Shown here piece by piece: positions 1 through 7,879 of a stretch of 40,009 nt of DNA. A program made the position numbers and the translations under genes. The notes beneath the pieces were generated by a model that was not told the origin of the DNA, did no database searches, and was given only the letters and a program-made list of their open reading frames with translations. This DNA is from Candidatus Amesbacteria bacterium GW2011_GWB1_47_19 (GTDB taxonomy: Bacteria > Patescibacteriota > Microgenomatia > CAZETR01 > Amesbacteraceae), in NCBI GenBank assembly GCA_001002325.1, contig LCNZ01000008.1, forward strand, positions 1-40,009. Direction: 5' to 3'. Position 1 is the first letter of the stretch. Each line of letters starts with the position of its first letter.

Positions 1-315
1 CTGGGAGAATTTGGCAAGTGAGGGATTGTAATAACGGGCGTTATAGTAATAAAGACCGGTGGTATCCACATCAGATATTTGGCCGGTGTATTGTTTTTCC
101 GTGGGCAGACTGTCGGAAGCGCTGCGGGTGGTACCGTAGGGATAGTAACTTTGTTTAGACACCAGTCGCCCTTGGGTGTCCGTTACCCTGCTGGTACTCC
201 CTAAATGGTCCGGGTGGATAAAGTAGAGGGTATCGGACGCCTGGGAATTGGATGCCTGAAGGAAAAACCCCACGATGAAACTTCCATAAAGGATTATTGA
301 TTTTTTTGCACCCAC
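1..315 (-). CDS. Rhs-associated core module with signal-peptide-like N-terminus (partial, runs off the window; not in the ORF track)
   Basis: Manual translation from GTG at 315: MGAKKSIILYGSFIVGFFLQASNSQASDTLYFIHPDHLGSTSRVTDTQGRLVSKQSYYPYGTTRSASDSLPTEKQYTGQISDVDTTGLYYYNARYYNPSLAKFSQ. It has the DHLGS, YxPYG, YTGQ and GLYYYNARYY Rhs-core motifs. An in-frame TAG lies just upstream of the GTG. Confidence 0.8.
   Translation of the reverse strand, partial: MGAKKSIILYGSFIVGFFLQASNSQASDTLYFIHPDHLGSTSRVTDTQGRLVSKQSYYPYGTTRSASDSLPTEKQYTGQISDVDTTGLYYYNARYYNPSLAKFSQ
8..148. repeat. Direct repeat copy A of the Rhs-core DNA
   Basis: 8-62 is identical to 1600-1654 (55 bp) and 80-148 is identical to 1672-1740 (69 bp). 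The 17 bp between them carry 7 mismatches. Confidence 0.95.
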
Positions 316-377
316 CCTGTTCTATGCTAGAGCATGTAAACAGGGAATACAACTATGCCCAGTAGTTATATAGATAT

Positions 378-587
378 TTAAAGCGCATTTTCCTCCAAGT
401 CTTTCCTGTGCAGCTCTTTGGCGAGGGATAAGTAGATTTCAGTGTTCCTAACGTCTTTGTGGCCCATCACTTCCTGGATGGTCTTGATATTCGTTCCTTT
501 TGCGGCGTGATGCGCTCCGAAGGTGTGTCTCAGACTATGCACCGAAGCCCCAATTATTCCGGTTTGGGTAAGATATTTTCTCAGCAT
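378..587 (-). pseudogene. Tyrosine recombinase/integrase C-terminal fragment (XerC/D-like)
   Basis: Contains HSLRHTF (HxxR), MGH and catalytic Tyr in NTEIY. Only 69 aa, with an in-frame TAA immediately before the ATG. The N-terminal domain and first catalytic Arg are absent. Confidence 0.8.
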
Positions 588-698
588 TTAGCTTACCTGG
601 ATGAGGGTTATAAGAAAATTACAAGGACTGAGGTAATGAATGTATTAAAAGTCTGGGAGTGAAGATGGTCTTTCCAATTATTTAAAACCTGTTCATAT

Positions 699-1874
699 TC
701 ACTGCGCGACATTCTTACCAGCCCATAACTCCATTCGTCTTTGCTCAATAATTCCATAATTAAACCAGGGGTCTGCTAAATATCCTGTTTGAACATGCTG
801 AAATTGTTCGGTGTACATAATTCGGTAGTCTGAAAACCCAGACTCCGTTAACCTCCATGTCATGTATTCCGGCGGTACAATAATGGTTTTGTCCATTTGA
901 TTTGAAGCTCCTCTATATATATAGGATCCCCCCGGCTTTACCACTCTGCTAACTTCGTCATAATAGCTTGGTTCGAACAACAAATCTGCGGGTAAACATG
1001 AAGAGCAGGCAAAATCCACCGAGTTTGACGCAAAAGGCAGGTTTAATGCGTCTGCAACTACATCCGGTTTTGCTCCTATATCAATATTTACCGTGGTGCG
1101 CGGAGGAAGGTCAGGAAATTGATAATAACCCGAGGCATTTCCTCCACCAATGTCAATTAGTACAGGCGCGTTAGATGCTGAATCGGCGTCATCGATTGCT
1201 CTTCCCAGGCTATTTGTAACATTCGGCCCAGCCGCTTGTGCCGCAACTGCACACATTCCCGGATCCCCTGCGAATGCGCACAAGGTCGTATCTAACGCTT
1301 CAGCTACTTGCGGGCCAGCTACATACATTGCCCCCCAATAAGCTGCTACCTGTGGCGCAACGGTTAATACTGTTTGCGCGGCTTTTTGAGTAAAACCTTC
1401 AGGATCATTTACCCAGTACGATGCTAAATTATTTGCGAATTTCCTAATTCCATTAAAGTCATGAGAAATAGCCTCTTTCCAGCAATTGGGATTCCAAGGA
1501 ACACAAGCTTCTCTTCCAGTGGGGTCAACTAAGGAAGAGGGATTATTTTTTACATAAGCATAGAGATTGAGGCCGTTAAGGGCAGAATCAGCTTGGGTAA
1601 ATTTGGCAAGTGAGGGATTGTAATAACGGGCGTTATAGTAATAAAGACCGGTGGAATCGGTATCAGAAACCTGGCCGGTGTATTGTTTTTCCGTGGGCAG
1701 ACTGTCGGAAGCGCTGCGGGTGGTACCGTAGGGATAGTAATTCTGTTTTGAAACCAGCCTTCCGGAAGTATCCGTAGCCAGAGCGGTACTACCCAAATGA
1801 TCGGAGTGAATATAGACAAGTGACTGCGCGGATACAAATTGCTGGCGGTTACCGGCTAATGGTGATGTTGTCAA
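699..1874 (-). CDS. Rhs-associated core + DPxG cleavage site + C-terminal class I SAM-dependent methyltransferase-like tip
   Basis: YIHSDHLGS...GLYYYNARYY...NLYAYVKNNPSSLVDPTG (DPTG at 1515-1526), then VLIDIGGG, NIDI, ADALNLPFASNSVD and SRVVKPGG (Methyltransf_11-type motifs). The TTG start is uncertain and overlaps the upstream ORF in another frame. Confidence 0.85.
   Translation of the reverse strand: MTTSPLAGNRQQFVSAQSLVYIHSDHLGSTALATDTSGRLVSKQNYYPYGTTRSASDSLPTEKQYTGQVSDTDSTGLYYYNARYYNPSLAKFTQADSALNGLNLYAYVKNNPSSLVDPTGREACVPWNPNCWKEAISHDFNGIRKFANNLASYWVNDPEGFTQKAAQTVLTVAPQVAAYWGAMYVAGPQVAEALDTTLCAFAGDPGMCAVAAQAAGPNVTNSLGRAIDDADSASNAPVLIDIGGGNASGYYQFPDLPPRTTVNIDIGAKPDVVADALNLPFASNSVDFACSSCLPADLLFEPSYYDEVSRVVKPGGSYIYRGASNQMDKTIIVPPEYMTWRLTESGFSDYRIMYTEQFQHVQTGYLADPWFNYGIIEQRRMELWAGKNVAQ
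1600..1740. repeat. Direct repeat copy B of the Rhs-core DNA
   Basis: Partner of 8-148 (offset 1592). Confidence 0.95.
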
Positions 1875-4800
1875 AAGTCCGGCCGGAGATATAGGCTTCG
1901 TTTAAGGCGTCCGCGAAGAGACGGATGGTATCCACCCCAAGAATGTTGGAGAAGGGAATGCCGGATTTGACAACGGTGTCGTTGACTGCCACGAAGTAAG
2001 TATGAGTTGAAAAATCCATGGTAATTTTCAAATTCTTGGCACCGGTAATGGTAGTAATCGAGGTATCAACTCCTCCTTTACGGGAAGCTAGTGTTTCCTG
2101 GACTCCATTTAAGTTTTCCCAAACCAGGCTAATGGCCACCCCGGTATTCTGGTCGGTGTCGGAAAGAGTGGCGCTGTCTCCCAGCTGCATAAACAGGCGG
2201 TAAGTATTTTCAGTAGTAGTCCTGGTCCAGTTGAAATCCATACTCCAGATAAGCTGGCCTGTAGTAACTTTGGTAAAAGTGTGCTTGACGAAAGGCAGAT
2301 TTACCTGATCGGTAGTTTTACTGAAATATAACTGGTTGTTGTAGACTTCGACCAGGGCGTTAACATTTTCTTTTTCGATCCAGGAATTGCCGACAATACC
2401 ACTGTTGGCCCGGGTGAAAGCGTCGGAAAAGATGACAGACGCCGAAGGCGTAGGCGACGGGGTGGGGGTGCGGGTAGGTCCGGGTGTAGGTGTACGGGAA
2501 GGTCCCGGAGTGGGAGTACGGATGGGAGTGGAGGAAGGTGCGGGAGCGGATGTCCCGCTATCTCTAACGGCTACCAGTTTTCCGACAAAGTAATAGTTTT
2601 TGCGCCAACCGAGGCTGTTCCCGGGCTGAGAGGTGAGCTCGAGATAGGGGCTGAAATACAAAGTGGCCGGTCCCGAAGTGACAAGTTTGGCCAGCCGCTG
2701 GCCGGATGCATCATAATAAAAGGAAGTGTTTTTGTACTGAGCGCCCAGGGGGGTAACTTTGGCCAGGCGGTTGTCTTTGTCGTAGGTGTAGGTACGCAAG
2801 TCATCACGGGTCAGGTTACCCACGACGTCGTAAGTATTTGCCATACCGGAAGAACCTCCGATGCTGACAAACTGCGGGCGATGATAGAAGCCGCCGGCCG
2901 CGCTACCGTACTGCAAGATTACAGACTGGGGGCCTTCGGTTTTGGTAAGTATGTTGCCGATGTCGTCATAGGTATAAGAAGCGGTATAGGCCCCGGAGGT
3001 ATTGGTGAGCCGGTTTAGGGGATCATAAGTAAAGTTCTGAGTCAGGTAAAAAGCCGAGCCGGGAGCTGACAAGGGATTGTCGTCGGTGATTTTGGTGATG
3101 CTTCCCAGGGGGTTGTAACTGTAAGACAGAAGAAGTTCGTCGGTATCCGCCAGGTTCGGGCCGGTAACCGACAATGAACCCAGACGGTTGTTTGAAGCGT
3201 CATATGAATAACTATTGATAACGCCATTTCCGGATGTGAAGCGGGTCATTTGGCCATCCTTATTGTATCTGGCCTGAGAGACATACGACGAAGTACCCCC
3301 GGTAGAGTAGAGATACGGCCGGTTGTACGTGTAATTAATTGTTTCCTGAGGAACTGAGTAGACGGTGACAGCTGAATGGTTTTCGGATAATGGCCTGCCA
3401 CCTGAGTCGTATGCATAGGTCACAGTTTCAGACAGAGCAGGTGCGGTCGAACCAGGCGGGATACCTGCCTGGGTGATAATTGTTTTTGAGGCCCTGCCCC
3501 GGTTATCGTATTCATTTTTTACCGTCCGGATTTCCACGGAACTTCCCGGGTCGTAGGAGTGGACTTCACAGGCTCTGCCGATACCTCCGGGGCAGGTGTC
3601 ATAGACGTTTTTTAATAGTTGCGTACCGGCGACGGATTTCGTCAAAAGCCGATTTAGTCCGTCGTAGGTGAGAGTAGATATTTCAGCTTTGGGATTAGTT
3701 TGTTTGACCAGGCTGTCCGACTTGTCATATTCGTACCTCCAGGAGTTGGCATCCCCGCTCATCTGGGGACTCATATCGACATTCCATAACTTGATTTTCC
3801 GTCCGAGAGTATCGTATTCAGTAATGTTTACCGGATTGCCCAACGTGTCCCTGGTTTTGGTTTCCGTACCCAGGACGGGTTGGTATTCATGGGTGGTAGT
3901 ATAAGTTTTTGAGGGTGCAACCTCCTCAGTTTTAAGTATCCGGCCGAAAGCGTCCGCTGTGGAAATGCTTTCGGCGCACGGGGTGGCGGAATTCCCGTCG
4001 GTACAATTTGGGCTGAGGGATTTGGTTTTGAGGGGATTCCCGCCGACATCATATTCAGTCCGGGCTGATGAGCCGTCCGGATAATTGACTGCGGTAAGCC
4101 TGCCGAAACCGTCAAAGGTATTTTTTATCTTTTTGATATCCGCGGTGGTTAAAAAGTTACGGGTGTCGTAAATATTGGTGCCGGGAGGGAGATAGGGGGC
4201 GGCGGTGTAACTCAGACTTTGGTATTCAACCTGACCCAGGCTGGTATAACTCTGGGAAGTCAATATGTCATTGAGATCGGTGCCGACAGGAATGCCGGCT
4301 GCGGACCATTCGTTTTCGTACCAGGAACTCCGGGTTTGGACTGTCTGACCCAGGCCGTTGGTAAAAATGTATGTCCCGGAAACCTTACCGACAGTGCCGG
4401 CATCGGCAAACCTGTTTCCCCGAAATACCAGTAATTTCGGGCCGGTATTGTTGACCTGGCGACCCAATCCGGTGAAACAATTGTTGGCTTCAGTGCAGGG
4501 GGAAATTTCGGTCTCATTGAAGTAATAATATTTGGAGAAGGCGTCGGGTTTGATACCGGTCCCCGGTTTTTTGCCGGGAAGATATGATTCAACCAAACGG
4601 CCAAAGGAGTCGTAAACAGAGGTGGCTGCAGAACCGTTGGGGTCGGTTACTTTTACCGGCAGTCCCCGAACCCCAGAATAATTCGGGTGAGAGGTATCGG
4701 TGATATTGAAGTCATAAGCGATCTGGGAAACCTGGCCGAGGTGGTTGGTGGTTTTGACCGGATAGATGCGGAAAACCGTATCGTATTCCGTCGAAGTAAT

Positions 4801-7383
4801 CCTACCCAGGGGGTCGGTGGACTTTACAGCCAACCAAGGATAAGTTGAATCGTAAGTGGTGGAGGTGCCGGCGTATGCCGCGCCGTTGACTAGGGAGGTG
4901 ATTTTGGTAATCCGGCCGAAGTCCCCCAGGGCGCCCAAGGTTTTGCCGTCATAATAAGTCTGGGTGTGACGGTATTTGGTACCGGAGGAGGAGTTGCTGA
5001 TCCAGGTTTCCTTGGGCAGGGGCAGAATACCTTTGGCGGTATTGGCAGCGGTATAATCGGTGATGCTGTAGAGGGGAGAATCGGAGGTGTCGTCAACGTT
5101 GGCATCAAGGCAGTTGACCTTGCCCCAGTCAACTACTGTGTGGGGCAGGGCGTACGGATCGCTGGTGCCGTCAAGGTGATTGTAGTTGGTGGTTGACCGG
5201 GTACACAGCTGGGGACCGGGCATGAGGGATTGGGTTCTGGATTCCACGGGCATGACCAGAGTAACGGTGCCCGACGGAAGGTACGAAACGCAATAGGAAG
5301 CGAGATCACCGGAGGTCTTTTCCACAACAGGGGTGCCGAACATATCTCCGAAACGAACTTTGTAATCCTGGACGGTCTGGATATAACTGGTGGTGTTTTT
5401 GGCGTCAAAGACGATGGTTCGAGAAGGCAATCCTTTGAGAGGATTGGGCTTAAAACAATTCGGGGTCTCAATTTTCTGGAAATAGATCTTTTTGGTTTTT
5501 GAGGCTAAAACGGTTTTGCTGTTTTGGGCATAGACAGAGGTAGTAACTTCCGGGTAACCCAGGAACTGGAATTCGGCCAGGGTGGCGTAGTTTTCGACCG
5601 ACGCCAAACCCTGAGATGCTCCGTCTCCGGTATAGGCATAGGAAGTCAGGAAAAAATTACCCATGCCGTCTTCAATAATTTTTGCGGCAATGCGGTGCTG
5701 CTGGGCGTTTTTGGCATGGTCGGTCCGGCAACCTTCCCCTGCCTCCATAATGTCGGGGTCACAATATCTGGTATTCAGGGCGTTTTTGGCATTGGCGTCC
5801 TGCCAATATTCGTAAGTAACTCTAGCGCTGTAGCCGTTTTCGACCGATTTCAGGAAAAAATCATTGGGGGTTATTTCCTGGACATTTGATCCACCGCGAT
5901 CCGTGAATGAAGTCAGCTGAGTGTATGAGAATTTGGATGAAGGCAGGCGTTTGGCAGATGCGTTTCCTGCCCGATCACTGTCATATACCCTGATTTCAGA
6001 CAGGAGAGAATGGATGGTTTTGTAATTGACAACTTCCGACTGGGAGTCGGGGATGCCGTTATTGTTGGCGTCATTGTGCTGTGCCGGATTCCAGCCGTAT
6101 TTGTAACTAAATTCATAAGCTCCGACCGATTTGCCGGAAGTTTTTATGGAAATTCTTAAAAGTCTGTCTTTGGATCGAAAGTATTGTTTTTGGAGAGTGG
6201 TGTCTCCACCGATTGCGGTGTAGTAGTCAAACCGGGGTTCCCGGATGAAATTCACCTCGTTTTTGCCGTAAGTGATTTTTAACGGATAGGCGGATGAGAC
6301 GTAATAATTGGAGTGAAAAGCACCTAATTCGATCCTGTACGAATAGTTAATTACAGCCGGGGTGCCGGAATTGACATTAAACGGACTTTCGACTTTGGAT
6401 AAATGCCATTTATAGGTATTTGAAACATAAGTGTTGCTTTCCTTGACCAACTTCCAGGCGATGGGACTATCTGCGCCGGAGGCAGTCTGGGTATATAACG
6501 GATACCAGTCATTACCCGTGCCTTCGGGTAAATTATCTCCTTCGGGGTCGTACTGTGTTTTCCAGTTGGTAACGGTGGTGGGATAGCCAAAGTAGTATTT
6601 GGTGCCGTCGGCACCGGTCACCAGCCAGTGATAGCGGCAGACGCTCAGTTCGCGGTTGGTACCTTCTTCGGCAATAATTTTGCATCTGGCCCACCTTTCG
6701 GCTTTTATCTTTAGGTTAGGGACTGTCCTCCAGACGCTGTAAAAACCGTCATCGGTCTCGTTGGACAATTTGGCTGATCCACCGGGAAAAACCAGAGTAT
6801 AACCCGAAGCCGATTTGGCGATATAGCTGATGCCTCCCAAGTCCCAGCCTAAACCTACAAAACCGGCCTGGTTCTGATACGGGACATTAATATCGTTGCG
6901 CCAGAGAGTGCTGGTACCTAATTGCAGGTTATCAACTGAAGCGGAGGAGTATCCGATATTCAGAGAGGGGGTCAGGCCGGCCGGCCCCGGAGGCAGGCTA
7001 ACGGGAACAGAAGCGGTAACCGCCCCGTTGAACTCGTCACTGCCGAATCCGTTGATGGAAGGGACAATTTGTTTACCTGTATCCCCTTCGGCGAGGGTTT
7101 CGGTGGCGGCTTGAAGAACCCGGACATCGGAAGGTGATGACCGGGAAACCTCCAGCCGGTTTACCAGAGGGGTATAGTCCTCACCTGTTACCTGGCCGTC
7201 GCGATTCAGATCGTAACGCAAGTCTCCGGTGCCCAGAGATGTAAAAAATTCAGGTACGGAAAGACCAGAGGGTGATTTGTTTACAACTGACTTCAGAGAG
7301 ACAATTACCAGAAGGGGGAGAAAAACGGCAGCAAGCAGCAATAGGAGCGGAAGACGGGGGTGTGCAGAATTAAAGCGGGACAT
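1849..7383 (-). CDS. Large Rhs/YD-repeat shell protein: N-terminal TM anchor, dockerin/EF-hand-like motif, SpvB/TcB-like region, YD repeats, Pro/Thr linker, C-terminal lectin-like beta-sandwich; lacks the Rhs core
   Basis: TM segment LPLLLLLAAVFLPLLVIVSL; YDLNRDGQVTGEDY; SpvB-like VPVSLPPGPAGLTPSLNIGYSS..GLGWDLGG; many YDxxGR repeats; (RTPTPGP)n; FSDAFTR...FDNITIS domain. ATG at 7383 is preferred over TTG at 7416. Confidence 0.85.
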   Translation of the reverse strand: MSRFNSAHPRLPLLLLLAAVFLPLLVIVSLKSVVNKSPSGLSVPEFFTSLGTGDLRYDLNRDGQVTGEDYTPLVNRLEVSRSSPSDVRVLQAATETLAEGDTGKQIVPSINGFGSDEFNGAVTASVPVSLPPGPAGLTPSLNIGYSSASVDNLQLGTSTLWRNDINVPYQNQAGFVGLGWDLGGISYIAKSASGYTLVFPGGSAKLSNETDDGFYSVWRTVPNLKIKAERWARCKIIAEEGTNRELSVCRYHWLVTGADGTKYYFGYPTTVTNWKTQYDPEGDNLPEGTGNDWYPLYTQTASGADSPIAWKLVKESNTYVSNTYKWHLSKVESPFNVNSGTPAVINYSYRIELGAFHSNYYVSSAYPLKITYGKNEVNFIREPRFDYYTAIGGDTTLQKQYFRSKDRLLRISIKTSGKSVGAYEFSYKYGWNPAQHNDANNNGIPDSQSEVVNYKTIHSLLSEIRVYDSDRAGNASAKRLPSSKFSYTQLTSFTDRGGSNVQEITPNDFFLKSVENGYSARVTYEYWQDANAKNALNTRYCDPDIMEAGEGCRTDHAKNAQQHRIAAKIIEDGMGNFFLTSYAYTGDGASQGLASVENYATLAEFQFLGYPEVTTSVYAQNSKTVLASKTKKIYFQKIETPNCFKPNPLKGLPSRTIVFDAKNTTSYIQTVQDYKVRFGDMFGTPVVEKTSGDLASYCVSYLPSGTVTLVMPVESRTQSLMPGPQLCTRSTTNYNHLDGTSDPYALPHTVVDWGKVNCLDANVDDTSDSPLYSITDYTAANTAKGILPLPKETWISNSSSGTKYRHTQTYYDGKTLGALGDFGRITKITSLVNGAAYAGTSTTYDSTYPWLAVKSTDPLGRITSTEYDTVFRIYPVKTTNHLGQVSQIAYDFNITDTSHPNYSGVRGLPVKVTDPNGSAATSVYDSFGRLVESYLPGKKPGTGIKPDAFSKYYYFNETEISPCTEANNCFTGLGRQVNNTGPKLLVFRGNRFADAGTVGKVSGTYIFTNGLGQTVQTRSSWYENEWSAAGIPVGTDLNDILTSQSYTSLGQVEYQSLSYTAAPYLPPGTNIYDTRNFLTTADIKKIKNTFDGFGRLTAVNYPDGSSARTEYDVGGNPLKTKSLSPNCTDGNSATPCAESISTADAFGRILKTEEVAPSKTYTTTHEYQPVLGTETKTRDTLGNPVNITEYDTLGRKIKLWNVDMSPQMSGDANSWRYEYDKSDSLVKQTNPKAEISTLTYDGLNRLLTKSVAGTQLLKNVYDTCPGGIGRACEVHSYDPGSSVEIRTVKNEYDNRGRASKTIITQAGIPPGSTAPALSETVTYAYDSGGRPLSENHSAVTVYSVPQETINYTYNRPYLYSTGGTSSYVSQARYNKDGQMTRFTSGNGVINSYSYDASNNRLGSLSVTGPNLADTDELLLSYSYNPLGSITKITDDNPLSAPGSAFYLTQNFTYDPLNRLTNTSGAYTASYTYDDIGNILTKTEGPQSVILQYGSAAGGFYHRPQFVSIGGSSGMANTYDVVGNLTRDDLRTYTYDKDNRLAKVTPLGAQYKNTSFYYDASGQRLAKLVTSGPATLYFSPYLELTSQPGNSLGWRKNYYFVGKLVAVRDSGTSAPAPSSTPIRTPTPGPSRTPTPGPTRTPTPSPTPSASVIFSDAFTRANSGIVGNSWIEKENVNALVEVYNNQLYFSKTTDQVNLPFVKHTFTKVTTGQLIWSMDFNWTRTTTENTYRLFMQLGDSATLSDTDQNTGVAISLVWENLNGVQETLASRKGGVDTSITTITGAKNLKITMDFSTHTYFVAVNDTVVKSGIPFSNILGVDTIRLFADALNEAYISGRTFDNITISR
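2437..2560 (-). repeat. Pro/Thr-rich coding linker (RTPTPGP-like units)
   Basis: SAPAPSSTPIRTPTPGPSRTPTPGPTRTPTPSPTPSAS. Confidence 0.85.
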
Positions 7384-7434
7384 AAAATCTCGGTATCCGG
7401 AATAAGTGTATATCAAACAAGCTGAATTTGCATC

Positions 7435-7446
7435 AGTCGGGGAGCG
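7435..7446 (-). repeat. Short third copy of the tRNA-Pro 3' end (att-like scar)
   Basis: agtcggggagcg is identical to 16070-16081, and 11 of these bases match 7841-7851. It lies about 400 bp from the long copy. Confidence 0.6.
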
Positions 7447-7502
7447 AAGCTTTTAGCCCGATTAAGAAGAACTACCGTAAACCGCATAAATCCGTAGAAA
7501 GA

Positions 7503-7526
7503 TGATATAATCCCACGATAAAGGAG
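7503..7526 (+). promoter_or_regulatory. Extended -10 promoter and SD-like site for the 7537 ORF
   Basis: TGaTATAAT at 7503-7511; AAGGAG at 7521-7526, 10 nt before GTG 7537. Confidence 0.55.
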
Positions 7527-7536
7527 TGAAAAATCA

Positions 7537-7860
7537 GTGGGCAAAGAAGATAATAGTGTTGTAATATCCGAAAAACTAGCTGAAGACCCCAATTTCATAG
7601 CGTACCTGCAAGCTCAAGCGTCAGGTGAATTCGATAAAATGGAAGCGGGAACATTTGTTGCTTATCATGGGGGACGTTTAGTCGGAACTGGTATGGATAG
7701 GGACAAACTATTTCAAAAGCTTCACGAAAAAGGCATTGAAGGGTTCTTCTTCCACCAGGTGGGTGTACCAGAGCAAGTTGTCCATCTTCGTTCACCGCAT
7801 GTTGCAAGAAGAACTAGTCGTAGAAATGTTTTAGTACCTGGTCGGGGAGCGGGGAATTGA
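7537..7860 (+). CDS. Small hypothetical protein, DUF5678-like
   Basis: GTFVAYHGGRLVGTGMDRDKLFQKL resembles the DUF5678 pattern from memory. It has a promoter and SD. The stop codon lies inside the antisense tRNA fragment. Confidence 0.6.
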   Translation: MGKEDNSVVISEKLAEDPNFIAYLQAQASGEFDKMEAGTFVAYHGGRLVGTGMDRDKLFQKLHEKGIEGFFFHQVGVPEQVVHLRSPHVARRTSRRNVLVPGRGAGN

Positions 7861-7879
7861 ACCCCGTCCTTTCGCACCC
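7839..7879 (-). repeat. Duplicated tRNA-Pro 3' half with encoded CCA (distal att site)
   Basis: 7841-7879 is identical to 16071-16109 (39 bp), starting at anticodon base G35. CCA is at 7841-7839. Confidence 0.95.

Noticed and set aside
155-352. 65-aa ORF from the track
   Set aside because: It overlaps the Rhs-core frame (1-315) on the same strand in another frame and has no recognisable motifs.
459-662. Plus-strand 67-aa ORF as an immunity gene
   Set aside because: It is antisense to the integrase fragment and in the wrong orientation for a co-transcribed immunity gene.
8-1740. Rhs-core repeat pair as a DGR template/variable repeat
   Set aside because: Mismatches are not confined to adenines of one copy, both copies are coding, and no reverse transcriptase is in the window.
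1849-1851. Stop-codon reassignment (code 25) explaining the Rhs split
   Set aside because: The stop is TAA and the continuation is in another frame. TGA terminates rpsD and rpsL normally.
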